Program-made: the position numbers and the translations under genes
Origin: Planctomycetota bacterium
GTDB lineage: Bacteria; Planctomycetota; UBA8108; SXIK01
Length of the DNA stretch: 64,000 bases
Assembly: GCA_965223265.1 (NCBI GenBank)
Contig: OZ244999.1
Span: 480,001 to 544,000 of the forward strand
Direction of reading: 5' to 3'
Notes under the pieces: model-generated
The model's input: only the letters and a program-made list of their open reading frames with translations
Database searches by the model: none
Told to the model about the DNA's origin: nothing
Shown here: positions 1 to 9,035 of the stretch, piece after piece
Layout of the letters: each line of letters opens with the position of its first letter
How positions within the stretch are numbered: the stretch's first letter is position 1

Positions 1-867
1 GCCTTCCAGTTTCGCCTTCCGACCGAGGAGCTCTGACAGTCTCAGCGCTATGGAGCGCACGCTCACGACGTCGTTTCCTGCGACGTTGACGATCGCCGGC
101 GGCGACGCGGCCAGCTTGAATGCGCTCAGGCACATCGCGTTGGCGTCACCTTGCCAGATCAAGTTCACGTGCCCGGTTTCCAAGCGAATTGGCTCGCCGT
201 TCCAAACGCGTCGCGCGATGTCGAGCACGACTCCATAGCGCAGCTCGACCGCGTAGTTGAGACGAATCGTGGCGACGCGGGTAGAGTGAGCGCGGCTGAA
301 GTGCTCGAAAATCCTCTCGCGTCCGAGGCAGCTCATCGAGTACTCCCCGATCGGCTGCGGTGGGTCTTCCTCACGTGCGCCGCCGCTGCCGACGCTGCGG
401 AGACCGTAGACGTTTCCGGTCGAAAAGACGACCAGTCGGCTGTCTCGGTAGCGCTCTGCAATGAGCGCCGGGACATGTGTGTTCATCGCCCACGTAAGAG
501 ACTCGTTGCCACTCGAGCCAAATTTGCGCCCCGCCATGAAAACGACGTTCGGTGCTTCGTCGAGTCGACTGAGAGCGGTGCGATCAAGAAGATCGCACGT
601 GCGTGTCTCAACTCCACTTCGTTCGCACGACTCTCGCGCCGCCGCGTCAGAGAACCGCGACACCGCGATGACGCGACGAGGGCAGCCAGCAAGCGCGCTG
701 GCACGGACGGCCATTTGCGCTAACGTCGGCCCCATCTTGCCGCCGGCGCCGAGAACGAGGACGTCGCCCTCGAGCTCTTTGAACTGACTCACCAGCCCGC
801 TGCTCGGCCGACTCAGCAGTTCGTCGAGCGCTGATTCTGATTCGACGTGATCAGGTAGTTCACCCAT
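1..867 (-). CDS. NAD-dependent epimerase/dehydratase (3' end runs off the window)
   Basis: Manual translation from ATG 867: MGELPDHVESESALDELLSRPS...VLVLGAGGKMGPTLAQMA (Rossmann GxxGxxG). No stop inside the window, so it is absent from the ORF track; overlaps the upstream DMT stop. Confidence 0.85.
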   Translation of the reverse strand, partial: MGELPDHVESESALDELLSRPSSGLVSQFKELEGDVLVLGAGGKMGPTLAQMAVRASALAGCPRRVIAVSRFSDAAARESCERSGVETRTCDLLDRTALSRLDEAPNVVFMAGRKFGSSGNESLTWAMNTHVPALIAERYRDSRLVVFSTGNVYGLRSVGSGGAREEDPPQPIGEYSMSCLGRERIFEHFSRAHSTRVATIRLNYAVELRYGVVLDIARRVWNGEPIRLETGHVNLIWQGDANAMCLSAFKLAASPPAIVNVAGNDVVSVRSIALRLSELLGRKAKLEG

Positions 868-1825
868 TGTTCTGTTCTCGGTCAGGTTGCGCACTCCTCT
901 CGCGGTCGCGTGCGCGTCGGTCTACAGGCCGTCGTAGTCTGCCCGCCAGACCGAGGCGGACGAGAAGAGCCGTCAGTATGAAGGCCGCACCGGCGATCGT
1001 CCACGGTGCAGGCGTTTCGGTGGCTACCGCGAATGCCCATAGGGGCACAAGGAGCGGCTCGAGGAGCGCGATCAACGCTGCGTCCTGGCTCGGCAGGATG
1101 CGTAGTCCACGGGCGAAGAGAACGTAGGGTAGCCCCATCTGAAAAAAGCCGAAAGCGATGAGTAATGCTAGCTGAGTCGAGGTTGGCCAAATACCAATCC
1201 AGATCAATGGAGGGAGTAGGCAAACCGCAGCCACGAGATGATTGAGAGCGACCAACCATGCTGCGTCGTGGGCGCGCAGCGTGCGCAGAAAAATGATCAC
1301 GGCGCCGTAGGTGACGCCTGAAGCCAGACCGCAGAGAATGCCGATCCGTCCTTGTCCGCCAAGTTCGAAATAGAGAATGACGCCGATTCCAATCAGTGCG
1401 ATGCCCACCGGGATGAGGTTGCGACGGTGCGCGGACTCGCCGAGAAGAAAGAGCGAACATAGAGCGACCCAGAGCGGCGCTGTGCTCTGCAGCCAGATCG
1501 CGTTCGCCGCGGTCGTTAGAGACATCGCGGTCAGAAAACTCGCGTTCATCAAGGCGAACGAAATGGTCATCGGAGCAATGCCGAGACTCCAACTCGGACG
1601 TCGCACCAGCGGCAAGACGATCAGCCCCGCAAAGAGCACACGCCAAAAGGCGAGGATCAGTCCGCGTTCGGATGCCGGCCAGGTAGCAAAGATCGATGCC
1701 TTCGCAAACAGACCGCTCGTGCTCCAAAGGGTTGCTGCGGCGAGGACGAGGACAACTCCACGCCTTCTGCTCGTCGTCGGCACGTTCTGTTGACCGCCGG
1801 TCGGAGGCGAATTGAGAGGCGTCAT
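860..1825 (-). CDS. DMT/EamA family transporter
   Basis: About 10 hydrophobic segments in two EamA-like halves (LWSTSGLFAK...STAPLWV; ...LLEPLLVPLW). Confidence 0.9.
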   Translation of the reverse strand: MTPLNSPPTGGQQNVPTTSRRRGVVLVLAAATLWSTSGLFAKASIFATWPASERGLILAFWRVLFAGLIVLPLVRRPSWSLGIAPMTISFALMNASFLTAMSLTTAANAIWLQSTAPLWVALCSLFLLGESAHRRNLIPVGIALIGIGVILYFELGGQGRIGILCGLASGVTYGAVIIFLRTLRAHDAAWLVALNHLVAAVCLLPPLIWIGIWPTSTQLALLIAFGFFQMGLPYVLFARGLRILPSQDAALIALLEPLLVPLWAFAVATETPAPWTIAGAAFILTALLVRLGLAGRLRRPVDRRARDRERSAQPDREQNNG

Positions 1826-2117
1826 TTTTGATCGGTTGGTTTCTCGAGCGGCGTGCTGCTTGATCTCGGGAGTCGAATCTCGTGCGGTGCCATCGTCAGG
1901 TTGACGAGCCGCTACGGGCGCTGTGCTGGCTGTGAGTGACCTTCGTATCTACCCATTCTTCGGCACTTGCCGTCAATCTTGCGTTCAGAACTTTACAAGC
2001 GAACCGGGCGAGGCTAAATTCCGATCTGACCAAATTGAGGTCGAGCGCTGGACGCTTATATCCACGCCTCGTAGGATTGCCGCCGCGGAGCGGACCAAGA
2101 AGCTGAAGGAGAAAGAG

Positions 2118-3017
2118 ATGCGCCACGGTGATCTCACGCGCGTCGTCGAGGTGAGCTGTGTGGTTGTCATGACCTGGGCGGTCGCCACTGGCTGCGCGTC
2201 GTCGAACTCGATTGACGTCACGGCGACTGACTCGACCGCCGGCGCCGAGTCAACCGAGGCGACGGTTCATGGCAGCAGGGGCGAAGGATGGGTGCAGATT
2301 GACGATACAGCCGATAGCCCTGGCGCGAACGACGACATCGGTCCGACACCATCGACTTTGCAGCACGAGGGCACCCAGAATCGGGAGCCGAGTGAAGAGT
2401 CGCAGACGCGTTTCGAATCGAGCGACGACACCCATAGCGCTGAACTCCTACGGCCTGATCGCCTGCAGCAGCAAGCTCCAGAGCGATTTCGCGTCAAGGT
2501 CGTGACAACGAAAGGAGACTTCCTGATCGACGTCCACCGCGAGTGGGCGCCGATCGGCGTGACGCGATTCTGGGGACTTGTGGATGCTGGATTCTACGAT
2601 GGGGTGGCGTTTTTCCGGGTGCTCGAAGACTACATCGTGCAGTTCGGGATCCATGGAGCGCCGGATGTGAGCCGCGTGTGGCGCAGTGCCCCCATATCAG
2701 ACGACCCGGTTTCCAGGTCGAATCGACGCGGAGTAATCTCCTTTGCGCACGGCGGCACTCCCGATTCGCGGTCGACCCAGCTATTCATCAATTTGGCGGA
2801 CCGTAATTCAGAGTTCCTGGACGAACGTCGCTATGTGCCAATCGGTCAAGTCATCGAAGGAATGGAGGTGGTCGAAAGTTTGTATGGCGGCTACGGCGAC
2901 AGTCCGCCCGATGGCCAGGGGCCGCGTCAAGATGTGCTCCAGCGTCAGGGGAATCCGTATCTGGCCGATTATTTTCCGAAGCTAGACTACATCAAAAGCG
3001 CGAAGATTCTCGATTAG
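2118..3017 (+). CDS. Cyclophilin-type peptidyl-prolyl isomerase, probable lipoprotein
   Basis: TTKGDFLIDVHREWAPIG, FYDGVAFFRV, QFG, RSTQLFINL motifs; AAGGAG RBS before ATG 2118; lipobox-like ATGC. Confidence 0.9.
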   Translation: MRHGDLTRVVEVSCVVVMTWAVATGCASSNSIDVTATDSTAGAESTEATVHGSRGEGWVQIDDTADSPGANDDIGPTPSTLQHEGTQNREPSEESQTRFESSDDTHSAELLRPDRLQQQAPERFRVKVVTTKGDFLIDVHREWAPIGVTRFWGLVDAGFYDGVAFFRVLEDYIVQFGIHGAPDVSRVWRSAPISDDPVSRSNRRGVISFAHGGTPDSRSTQLFINLADRNSEFLDERRYVPIGQVIEGMEVVESLYGGYGDSPPDGQGPRQDVLQRQGNPYLADYFPKLDYIKSAKILD

Positions 3018-3024
3018 TGCGAAG

Positions 3025-3441
3025 ATGTCTCGACTTCACCGTGAACTCATTTCGATTCGGGCTCCGCGCCGTGGGCTTCATGAGGTCACCGCGAGCTTAG
3101 AGACGATCGTTTCTTCCAGTGGCATTGACGACGGCATGTGTAATGTCTTCGTCCAGCACACGTCGGCGAGCCTTGTCATCAATGAGAACGCCGACCCGAC
3201 CGCGCGCGCCGACCTCGAGGCATTTCTCGATCGATTGGTGCCGGAGAACGAACCCTACTTTCGTCACACGATGGAAGGACCGGATGACATGCCGTCGCAC
3301 ATCAAGTCCATTCTGACGCATGTCAGCTTGACGATTCCGGTCGCCTCATCTCGTCTTGCCCTCGGAACGTGGCAGGGCGTCTATCTCTGGGAGCACCGAG
3401 ACCGGCCGCCGTCACGTACCCTCGTCGTTTCGGTTTACTGA
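3025..3441 (+). CDS. yjbQ: YjbQ/UPF0047 family protein
   Basis: HTSASLVINENADP, EGPDDMPSHIKS, LGTWQGVYLWEHR. Confidence 0.92.
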   Translation: MSRLHRELISIRAPRRGLHEVTASLETIVSSSGIDDGMCNVFVQHTSASLVINENADPTARADLEAFLDRLVPENEPYFRHTMEGPDDMPSHIKSILTHVSLTIPVASSRLALGTWQGVYLWEHRDRPPSRTLVVSVY

Positions 3442-3453
3442 TATACTGGCCGG

Positions 3454-3715
3454 CTAGCTCGAGTTTGGCCATTTCGCGTCGAGCCTGCCAGCGCCAGGAG
3501 CGTCGAGGCCAAGGAGCGACTCGGGCGCGATCCTGCTCGGGTCGTGGCGGAGGACGGGCGCGGGCATCGGCGCTCCTGGCGTTCCCCGAAGGGCCGGACA
3601 GGAGTTTTTGAACTTTCACAAGGGTTCTCAGGGTACAAAAAAGTTGAAAGGGCCTTTGAATCCCCGCGAAACTCGTCCGGCCAGGCCGGCGCGAAATCGC
3701 CAAACTCGAGGCTAG
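3454..3715. repeat. Intergenic element bounded by ~34-bp imperfect inverted repeats (MITE-like)
   Basis: CTAGCTCGAGTTTGGCCATTTCGCGTCGAGCCTG (3454-3487) versus the reverse complement of CAGGCCGGCGCGAAATCGCCAAACTCGAGGCTAG (3682-3715); CTAG at both outer ends. Confidence 0.6.
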
Positions 3716-3740
3716 ACCTTCGGCCGCGGCCGTACTCGCG

Positions 3741-6700
3741 GTGCCTTCATCATTGACCGTCCCCGTGGGTCCACGCCATGGAGAAACTGTGAGCCAGCGC
3801 TCAACGCGACGAGAAGAATGGGACATCGACGCAGCCCTGCGGATCCTGCAGGCTTCCATCGATCCTTACATTTGGGATCAAGGGCAGGAGCTGTACCGGC
3901 GCGGCGCCGTCAAGGATTTCGCCATGTCGCAGGACGGCAACATTCGCGTGATCGTCCTTGATCCTCGCGATGCGCGGAACTTTTTCGTTAGCGTTCGACG
4001 CGAGCACGATGGCCGGATCGTCTCACATTGCGCGTGTCCGTATCGCTTGAACGGCCGATGTAGACATCAAGTTGTCGCACTCGAGTATTTGCGCGCGATA
4101 GCCGGTGGGGAGGCTCAACCAACCAGTGCCGCCGCCGCTGATGCTGCCGTCGAGTCGCCGCGCGTCAGTGGAGGCGACGTCAGTGATGCGGCGGGGAAAG
4201 CAGGGCCGGTACTCTACCGCCTATTTGACCCTCCATGCGACGTGGTGACAGCGGAGGACGGTTCGCTGCTGCGCCTTGTACTGCTATCGCTCGGCTCGGC
4301 CACGACGGCGCACCGTGTGGCGCTTCAGCTTTTCACCACGACTGGCTGGGGAGAAGTACGGACGCCGGAACTCGATCGCTGGATCGGCCGCGGAGATGTT
4401 GGGCCGCACCCGCGTGATTTGGCGCTTCGATCGACGCTTGCCGGGGATGGAGGCATTCGAAATGACGTCGATTCCGAGACGTTTGGGTATCTTCTGACTG
4501 TCGTCGCCGAGAGTTCCGCGCTGGTTGACCGATCGGGAAATGTGCTTGCTGTCTCACGCGATCCTTGGCGTCTGCGCACCGATGTGGAACGTTCAGGTGA
4601 GACTTCAATCCGCGTGCGTTTCTCGTGCGTCTTCCCAGGGCGCGAGTCGCGTCGATTCGAAGAGGTGGCGCTCGTCCCTTCGACCAGCGCGTGGATCCAA
4701 CTCGACAGTGGCGCGTTCCATCCCCTGATCGCAGCCGTACCGGGGCCGCTACTCGCTGAGGTGCAGGTCGAAGAGCTGAGTGAGATCGCGCCGCCCGAAT
4801 TGGACCAGTTCTTGATCAGCGGCGTGCATCAGCTCGAACGTTTGACTCCCGGCATGTTCTTCATAGAGCCCGGTCTGATTCGAGAGGTGGAAGGTGTAGA
4901 TAGCGCGCGCGTCCGGTTGAGCGCCATTGGCGACGAGTCTAGTGGAGGCTTTGCCGGTCAGCTTGAATTCCTCTACGGCGACGAATGGGTCGAGGCGCCG
5001 AGCGATCCAACGCCTTGGACGATCGATCAAGGCGGCAAGATCCACCGCTACCCTGCGGCGGGGCAGTCCCTCGCAAAGGCGCGACGTGAGCTCGAGAATG
5101 TCGGCTTCCGCCACGCAGATGGCGAATGGCGGCTCGAAGGGGAAGACGCGCTCGAGCGCGTGTTATCACAAGCGCCAGATTCGTTCGTCTCATTCGATCT
5201 GCCGCAGGAAGCAGCCGCGCGTGATTTTGTGAGTCGCGCACCACGCGTCCGTGTTGCGGTAGAGACGACGGACGAGAACGCAGATGGGACCCCGCAGTTG
5301 CGGCTTTCTCTTGAGCTGTTCGATGGCGATCGGCGACTCAGTTTTTCCACCGCTGAATTTGCTGAGCTCACTCCGGCCGGACGTCGAGGCTTCTTTCGCC
5401 TAGAAGACGAATCGATTGTGGATCCACGCCATCCAGGAGTGCGCGATCTCATCGAGCTGCTCGCCGCCGCCCACCGTTCAGGATCTGAACCGAGCCTCGA
5501 GGATGGGCGGCTCTGCCTTTCTGCGCCCGCGAGTGCAGTCGCGCTCATAGCCGACGCCAGCGATGAAGTGGATTTGGAACTTTCGCCGCGGGTCGCCCGT
5601 CTGTGTGAGAGGTTGAGCGGGCATCGGCTGGACGGGTCGGAAGAGATCGACGCATCTGGTTTTCAGGACAGCGTCGTGAAAACGCTGCGTGAGTATCAAC
5701 TCGCAGCCGTTGCATGGTTCGGGGCGCTCGCCGAGTGGGGGCTCGCCGGAGTGCTTGCTGACGAGATGGGACTCGGAAAGACTTTGATGACTCTTGCGCA
5801 CTTCTTCGGGCGCACGACAGCCGGCGCGCGCTCAGGAGAAGCGGCAGAGCCGGGCCATGCGGCGCTACCGGTGTTGGTCGTCTGCCCGACGAGCCTGGTC
5901 TTCAATTGGCTTGACGAGACGCAGCGATTTTTTCCAGAGGTGCGGACGACGTCGCTGCAGGGACTGCCGCGAGAGAAGCGCGAGGCGCTCCTCGGTTCTG
6001 ATACTGATATGATCGTGACCTCCTACGCGCTGATGAGACGCGACCGGGAGGCGTTGGAAGCGCTGCAGTTTCGTGCTGTAGTCCTCGACGAGGCCCAGCA
6101 TGTCAAGAACGCGGCGAGCCAGACGGCGAAGGCCGCGTTTGCGCTCCGGGCGCAGCAGCGCTGGGCGCTCACCGGCACGCCGATGGAAAACCATCTTGGC
6201 GAGATCTGGTCGATCTTCCGTTTTCTGTTGCCGGGATTCCTCGGTACGCAAGACGAGTTCGTCAAGGAATACCGAGAGCCCGCGGAGCGAGGCGACGACA
6301 CGGCTGTGACGCAGTTGCGACGGCGAGTGCGTCCCTTCATCTTGCGCCGCACCAAGACGGAGGTTTTGACGGATCTCCCTGAGCTGATCGAGCAGACGCG
6401 ACGGGTGCCGCTGTCGCCGCTGCAGCGTCAACTCTACGACGCGGAGTTGGCGGCTGCGCGCGAAGTCGTAGAGGGAGCTGAGGGGCCACAGGCGCGCATC
6501 AAGGTTCTCGCTGCGCTGACTCGCCTGCGGCAGATCTGCTGCGATCCGGGATTGATTCTTGACGACGAAGACCTCGCAACACTGCGAACGACTGAGGAGA
6601 CCGTCGTCAGCAGCAAGATGGAGCTACTCCTCGAGTTGCTTGAGGAGTGTATCGATGAACAGCATCGCGTCCTTCTTTTCAGTCAATTCACCAGCATGCT

Positions 6701-7115
6701 TGATCTCATCGAGTTGCGCCTCGACGAACGTAGCGTCGATCGCTGTCGACTCGATGGCGCAACACGCGATCGCGAGGCTCAGGTGCGGCGTTTTCAGGGC
6801 GATGGCGCAGTGCCAATCTTTCTCATCAGTCTCAAGGCTGGCGGCTACGGTCTCAATCTGACCGCGGCCGACATCGTGATTCTTTTCGATCCATGGTGGA
6901 ACCCGGCGACGGAAGCCCAGGCCGTGGCGAGAGCTCATCGCATGGGGCAGATGATGCCCGTGCATGTTCATAAGCTGGTGGCCGCAGACACCGTCGAGGA
7001 AAGAATCCAGGAGCTTCAGGAGACGAAACGAGACCTGGCCTCCCGTCTTCTCGAAACGGGTGAAGATCCGTTCGCGCAGCTGAATCTCGATACCTTGCGC
7101 GAGCTTTTCGCGTAA
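3741..7115 (+). CDS. SWIM zinc-finger SNF2-family helicase (start may be GTG 3789)
   Basis: CACP...CRH SWIM motif; LADEMGLGKT, DEAQ, LTGTPMEN, LKAGGYGLNL, DPWWNPA, RAHRMGQ. Confidence 0.95.
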   Translation: MPSSLTVPVGPRHGETVSQRSTRREEWDIDAALRILQASIDPYIWDQGQELYRRGAVKDFAMSQDGNIRVIVLDPRDARNFFVSVRREHDGRIVSHCACPYRLNGRCRHQVVALEYLRAIAGGEAQPTSAAAADAAVESPRVSGGDVSDAAGKAGPVLYRLFDPPCDVVTAEDGSLLRLVLLSLGSATTAHRVALQLFTTTGWGEVRTPELDRWIGRGDVGPHPRDLALRSTLAGDGGIRNDVDSETFGYLLTVVAESSALVDRSGNVLAVSRDPWRLRTDVERSGETSIRVRFSCVFPGRESRRFEEVALVPSTSAWIQLDSGAFHPLIAAVPGPLLAEVQVEELSEIAPPELDQFLISGVHQLERLTPGMFFIEPGLIREVEGVDSARVRLSAIGDESSGGFAGQLEFLYGDEWVEAPSDPTPWTIDQGGKIHRYPAAGQSLAKARRELENVGFRHADGEWRLEGEDALERVLSQAPDSFVSFDLPQEAAARDFVSRAPRVRVAVETTDENADGTPQLRLSLELFDGDRRLSFSTAEFAELTPAGRRGFFRLEDESIVDPRHPGVRDLIELLAAAHRSGSEPSLEDGRLCLSAPASAVALIADASDEVDLELSPRVARLCERLSGHRLDGSEEIDASGFQDSVVKTLREYQLAAVAWFGALAEWGLAGVLADEMGLGKTLMTLAHFFGRTTAGARSGEAAEPGHAALPVLVVCPTSLVFNWLDETQRFFPEVRTTSLQGLPREKREALLGSDTDMIVTSYALMRRDREALEALQFRAVVLDEAQHVKNAASQTAKAAFALRAQQRWALTGTPMENHLGEIWSIFRFLLPGFLGTQDEFVKEYREPAERGDDTAVTQLRRRVRPFILRRTKTEVLTDLPELIEQTRRVPLSPLQRQLYDAELAAAREVVEGAEGPQARIKVLAALTRLRQICCDPGLILDDEDLATLRTTEETVVSSKMELLLELLEECIDEQHRVLLFSQFTSMLDLIELRLDERSVDRCRLDGATRDREAQVRRFQGDGAVPIFLISLKAGGYGLNLTAADIVILFDPWWNPATEAQAVARAHRMGQMMPVHVHKLVAADTVEERIQELQETKRDLASRLLETGEDPFAQLNLDTLRELFA

Positions 7116-7132
7116 CCCTGCGGTCGAGCGCG

Positions 7133-7256
7133 GAGGCAGAGGCAGAGGCAGAGGCGGAGGCAGAGGCGGAAGCAGAGGCGGAGGCAGAGGCAGAGGCGGA
7201 AGCAGAGGCGGAGGCAGAGGCAGAGGCAGAGGCAGAGGCAGGCAGAGGCAGAGGCA
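7133..7256 (+). repeat. (GAGGCA/GAGGCG/GAAGCA)n microsatellite, leftmost tract
   Basis: About 21 hexamer units read directly; one truncated 4-nt unit near 7241. Confidence 0.97.
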
Positions 7257-7272
7257 CCTATGGTCCGACTGT

Positions 7273-7278
7273 TGTCAA
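7273..7278 (-). promoter_or_regulatory. Outward-facing consensus -35 hexamer (TTGACA) at the element's downstream end; present in all five copies
   Basis: tgtcaa on the + strand just inside the subterminal IR; IS110/IS1111 elements assemble junction promoters on circularisation; matching -10 not identified. Confidence 0.5.
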
Positions 7279-7326
7279 CGGGGGAGCTTTCTTTTCTTGA
7301 TTGTCTTCAATCCGACGTGGGGCAGT

Positions 7327-7503
7327 TGGGTTGCCTGGGGGTCCGGGGGGCGGCGGGTAGAGCGCCCCCGGGCTCTGTGCAGCCCGGAAGGTACCGCACG
7401 CGGGAGAGATCATTCTGGGTTGCCTGGGGGTCCGGGGGGCGGCGGGTAGAGCGCCCCCGGGCTCTGTGCAGCCCGGAAGGTACCGCACGCGGGAGAGATC
7501 ATT
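7327..7503. repeat. 89-bp direct tandem duplication in the IS non-coding end (also 10814-10990 and 14337-14513)
   Basis: TGGGTTGCCTGGGGGTCC...GGGAGAGATCATT starts at 7327 and again at 7416; single copy in IS copies 2 and 4. Confidence 0.95.
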
Positions 7504-7539
7504 TTCGTAGTAGTGCTGTGTTGTCTTTGGGCTGGCGGT

Positions 7540-7800
7540 AAAGAAGCCAAGTGTTCGGTTCGCTCTGAGCGCCGGGGCGGCAAAGCGCCTCGCGGCCAAC
7601 TCCTATGCGTGTCCGCTCTCTGGCGGATCACCTGATACTGCGTTCGCATCGCGGCAGGCGAACCGACAAGGACGGTTCCTTCTGAGAAGCACGGCGGCTT
7701 GGAAAGCCAGCCCAGCCTCTGCTCGAACGCGTCCTACAGTCGGCCAAGAATCCGAGTCAGCCCTGCAGGTCCCTCCGTTTGAGTTGGGTTGGTGTGTTGA
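7540..7800 (-). ncRNA. Putative bridge RNA/seekRNA of the IS element (boundaries approximate; identical copies at offsets +1690, +3487, +5213, +7010)
   Basis: Non-coding region downstream of tnp, as in IS1111-type elements; stem 7663-7678/7725-7743 encloses an internal loop with arms GCAGAGG and UGCUUCU that match the two target strands. Confidence 0.7.
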
Positions 7801-7820
7801 GCCTGTTGCTGGTCATCGAA

Positions 7821-8948
7821 TTAGGAACTGAGCCGTGCCAAGGGAGGTGGTACGTCAGTGCTGAGGAATCGCCAGAGCGAAATGAGCAGCTTTCTGGCTA
7901 AGGCGACGATTCCCGCCTTGCGCGAGCGCTTGGTGCCTGGCCCATAGCGCTGGCAGAACCATTGAGATAGCTGGCTCTGTGGCTGAAAGCGCAGCCAGTT
8001 CCAGGCAGCCTGAACCATGAGTGTGCGTACACGCCCGTTGCCAGCTTTGCTGATTCCTTGCTCGCGTTTGATGTTGTCACTGCGCCAGGGAACGCTCACC
8101 ATTCCTGCCAGGGCTCCGATTTCACGGCGATTGTTGAACTTACGCCAGAAGAACTCGTAGTAGAGCGTTGCGGCAGTGTACATGCCGATGCCGCGCAGGC
8201 TGTTGAGCTTGCCGACTTTCTTGCAGGCCTCCGGCGAGTTGGTGAGCGTTTCGAGAGTCTCGGCCTCAATCTCAGCGATTTGCTCTTCGACAAGCTGCAG
8301 CCGAGCGTGCTCGCGTAGCATGCCTGCCTTGGCATGCGGGGGGATCGCAGATCCATCGGGGCCGCGTAACGTGTCGATGATTTCAGGCAGCTTCTTGAGG
8401 CGGGCGCGGATGCCGAACTTGATCAACATGTCCTTGAGGCGATTGATGTGCCGAGTGCGATCCTTGACAAGGCGCTGACGCTCTCTTGGCAGGCGGCGCT
8501 CGTCCTCGATCTGCACGCTCGGCACATTGACAACGCGCAGTGGGCTGCGCGACGAGCCGTGGTGACGGATCAAAAGATCGAGCATCTTCTCTCCGTCGAG
8601 GCGATCGGTCTTTTGACGCTTGGCGCGCTGATCGACCTCGCAGCTAGCCGGGTCAATGACGGCGTTGTGGATCCCACTGTCTACGAGCCAGCGGTGCAGC
8701 CAGAATCCATCGCGGCCAGCTTCGTAGCAGCTCACCACCTCAGCTTGCGGCGAAAGGCGCAAGCGCGCCTTGGCTTTCGAGAGCTCTTCCTGAAACTCCG
8801 CAAGGTTTCCCGCCTCGACCGTCCTGCAGCGCGGCCGGCTCCCCGCAACACCGCTGACGAGCTTCCACGTTGTGTTGCCAACGTCAATTGCCACGTGAAG
8901 AACTTCGCTCATGTCGGTAAGCTGTCCCTGGGTCGTTCTTGTTGCCAT
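7821..8948 (-). CDS. IS110-family DEDD transposase/recombinase, copy 1
   Basis: AIDV, CYEAG, KTDRLD (RuvC-like DEDD), SLRGIG, PWRSD (conserved Ser), GISKAGNGRVR, ALARKL; AGGAG RBS. Confidence 0.97.
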   Translation of the reverse strand: MATRTTQGQLTDMSEVLHVAIDVGNTTWKLVSGVAGSRPRCRTVEAGNLAEFQEELSKAKARLRLSPQAEVVSCYEAGRDGFWLHRWLVDSGIHNAVIDPASCEVDQRAKRQKTDRLDGEKMLDLLIRHHGSSRSPLRVVNVPSVQIEDERRLPRERQRLVKDRTRHINRLKDMLIKFGIRARLKKLPEIIDTLRGPDGSAIPPHAKAGMLREHARLQLVEEQIAEIEAETLETLTNSPEACKKVGKLNSLRGIGMYTAATLYYEFFWRKFNNRREIGALAGMVSVPWRSDNIKREQGISKAGNGRVRTLMVQAAWNWLRFQPQSQLSQWFCQRYGPGTKRSRKAGIVALARKLLISLWRFLSTDVPPPLARLSS

Positions 8949-8999
8949 CTCTTCACTCCTAAAAAAGACTATGGTACACGAGGACGGCCCATAGTTTCT

Positions 9000-9035
9000 G
9001 AGGCGGAGGCAGAGGCAGAGGCAGAGGCAGAGGCA
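9000..9035 (+). repeat. Microsatellite spacer, 6 x GAGGCR
   Basis: Counted directly. Confidence 0.97.

Larger units (their letters stand above)
7257..8999 (-). mobile_element. IS110-family (IS1111-type) element, copy 1, long allele (1743 bp excluding the shared core)
   Basis: Ends CCTATGGTCCGAC...GACGGCCCATAGTTTCT with a 12-bp subterminal inverted repeat (2 mismatches); DEDD transposase; long non-coding region downstream of the gene. Confidence 0.95.

Noticed and set aside
151-787. + strand ORFs of 190 and 108 aa
   Set aside because: Shadows of the minus-strand epimerase gene (1-867).
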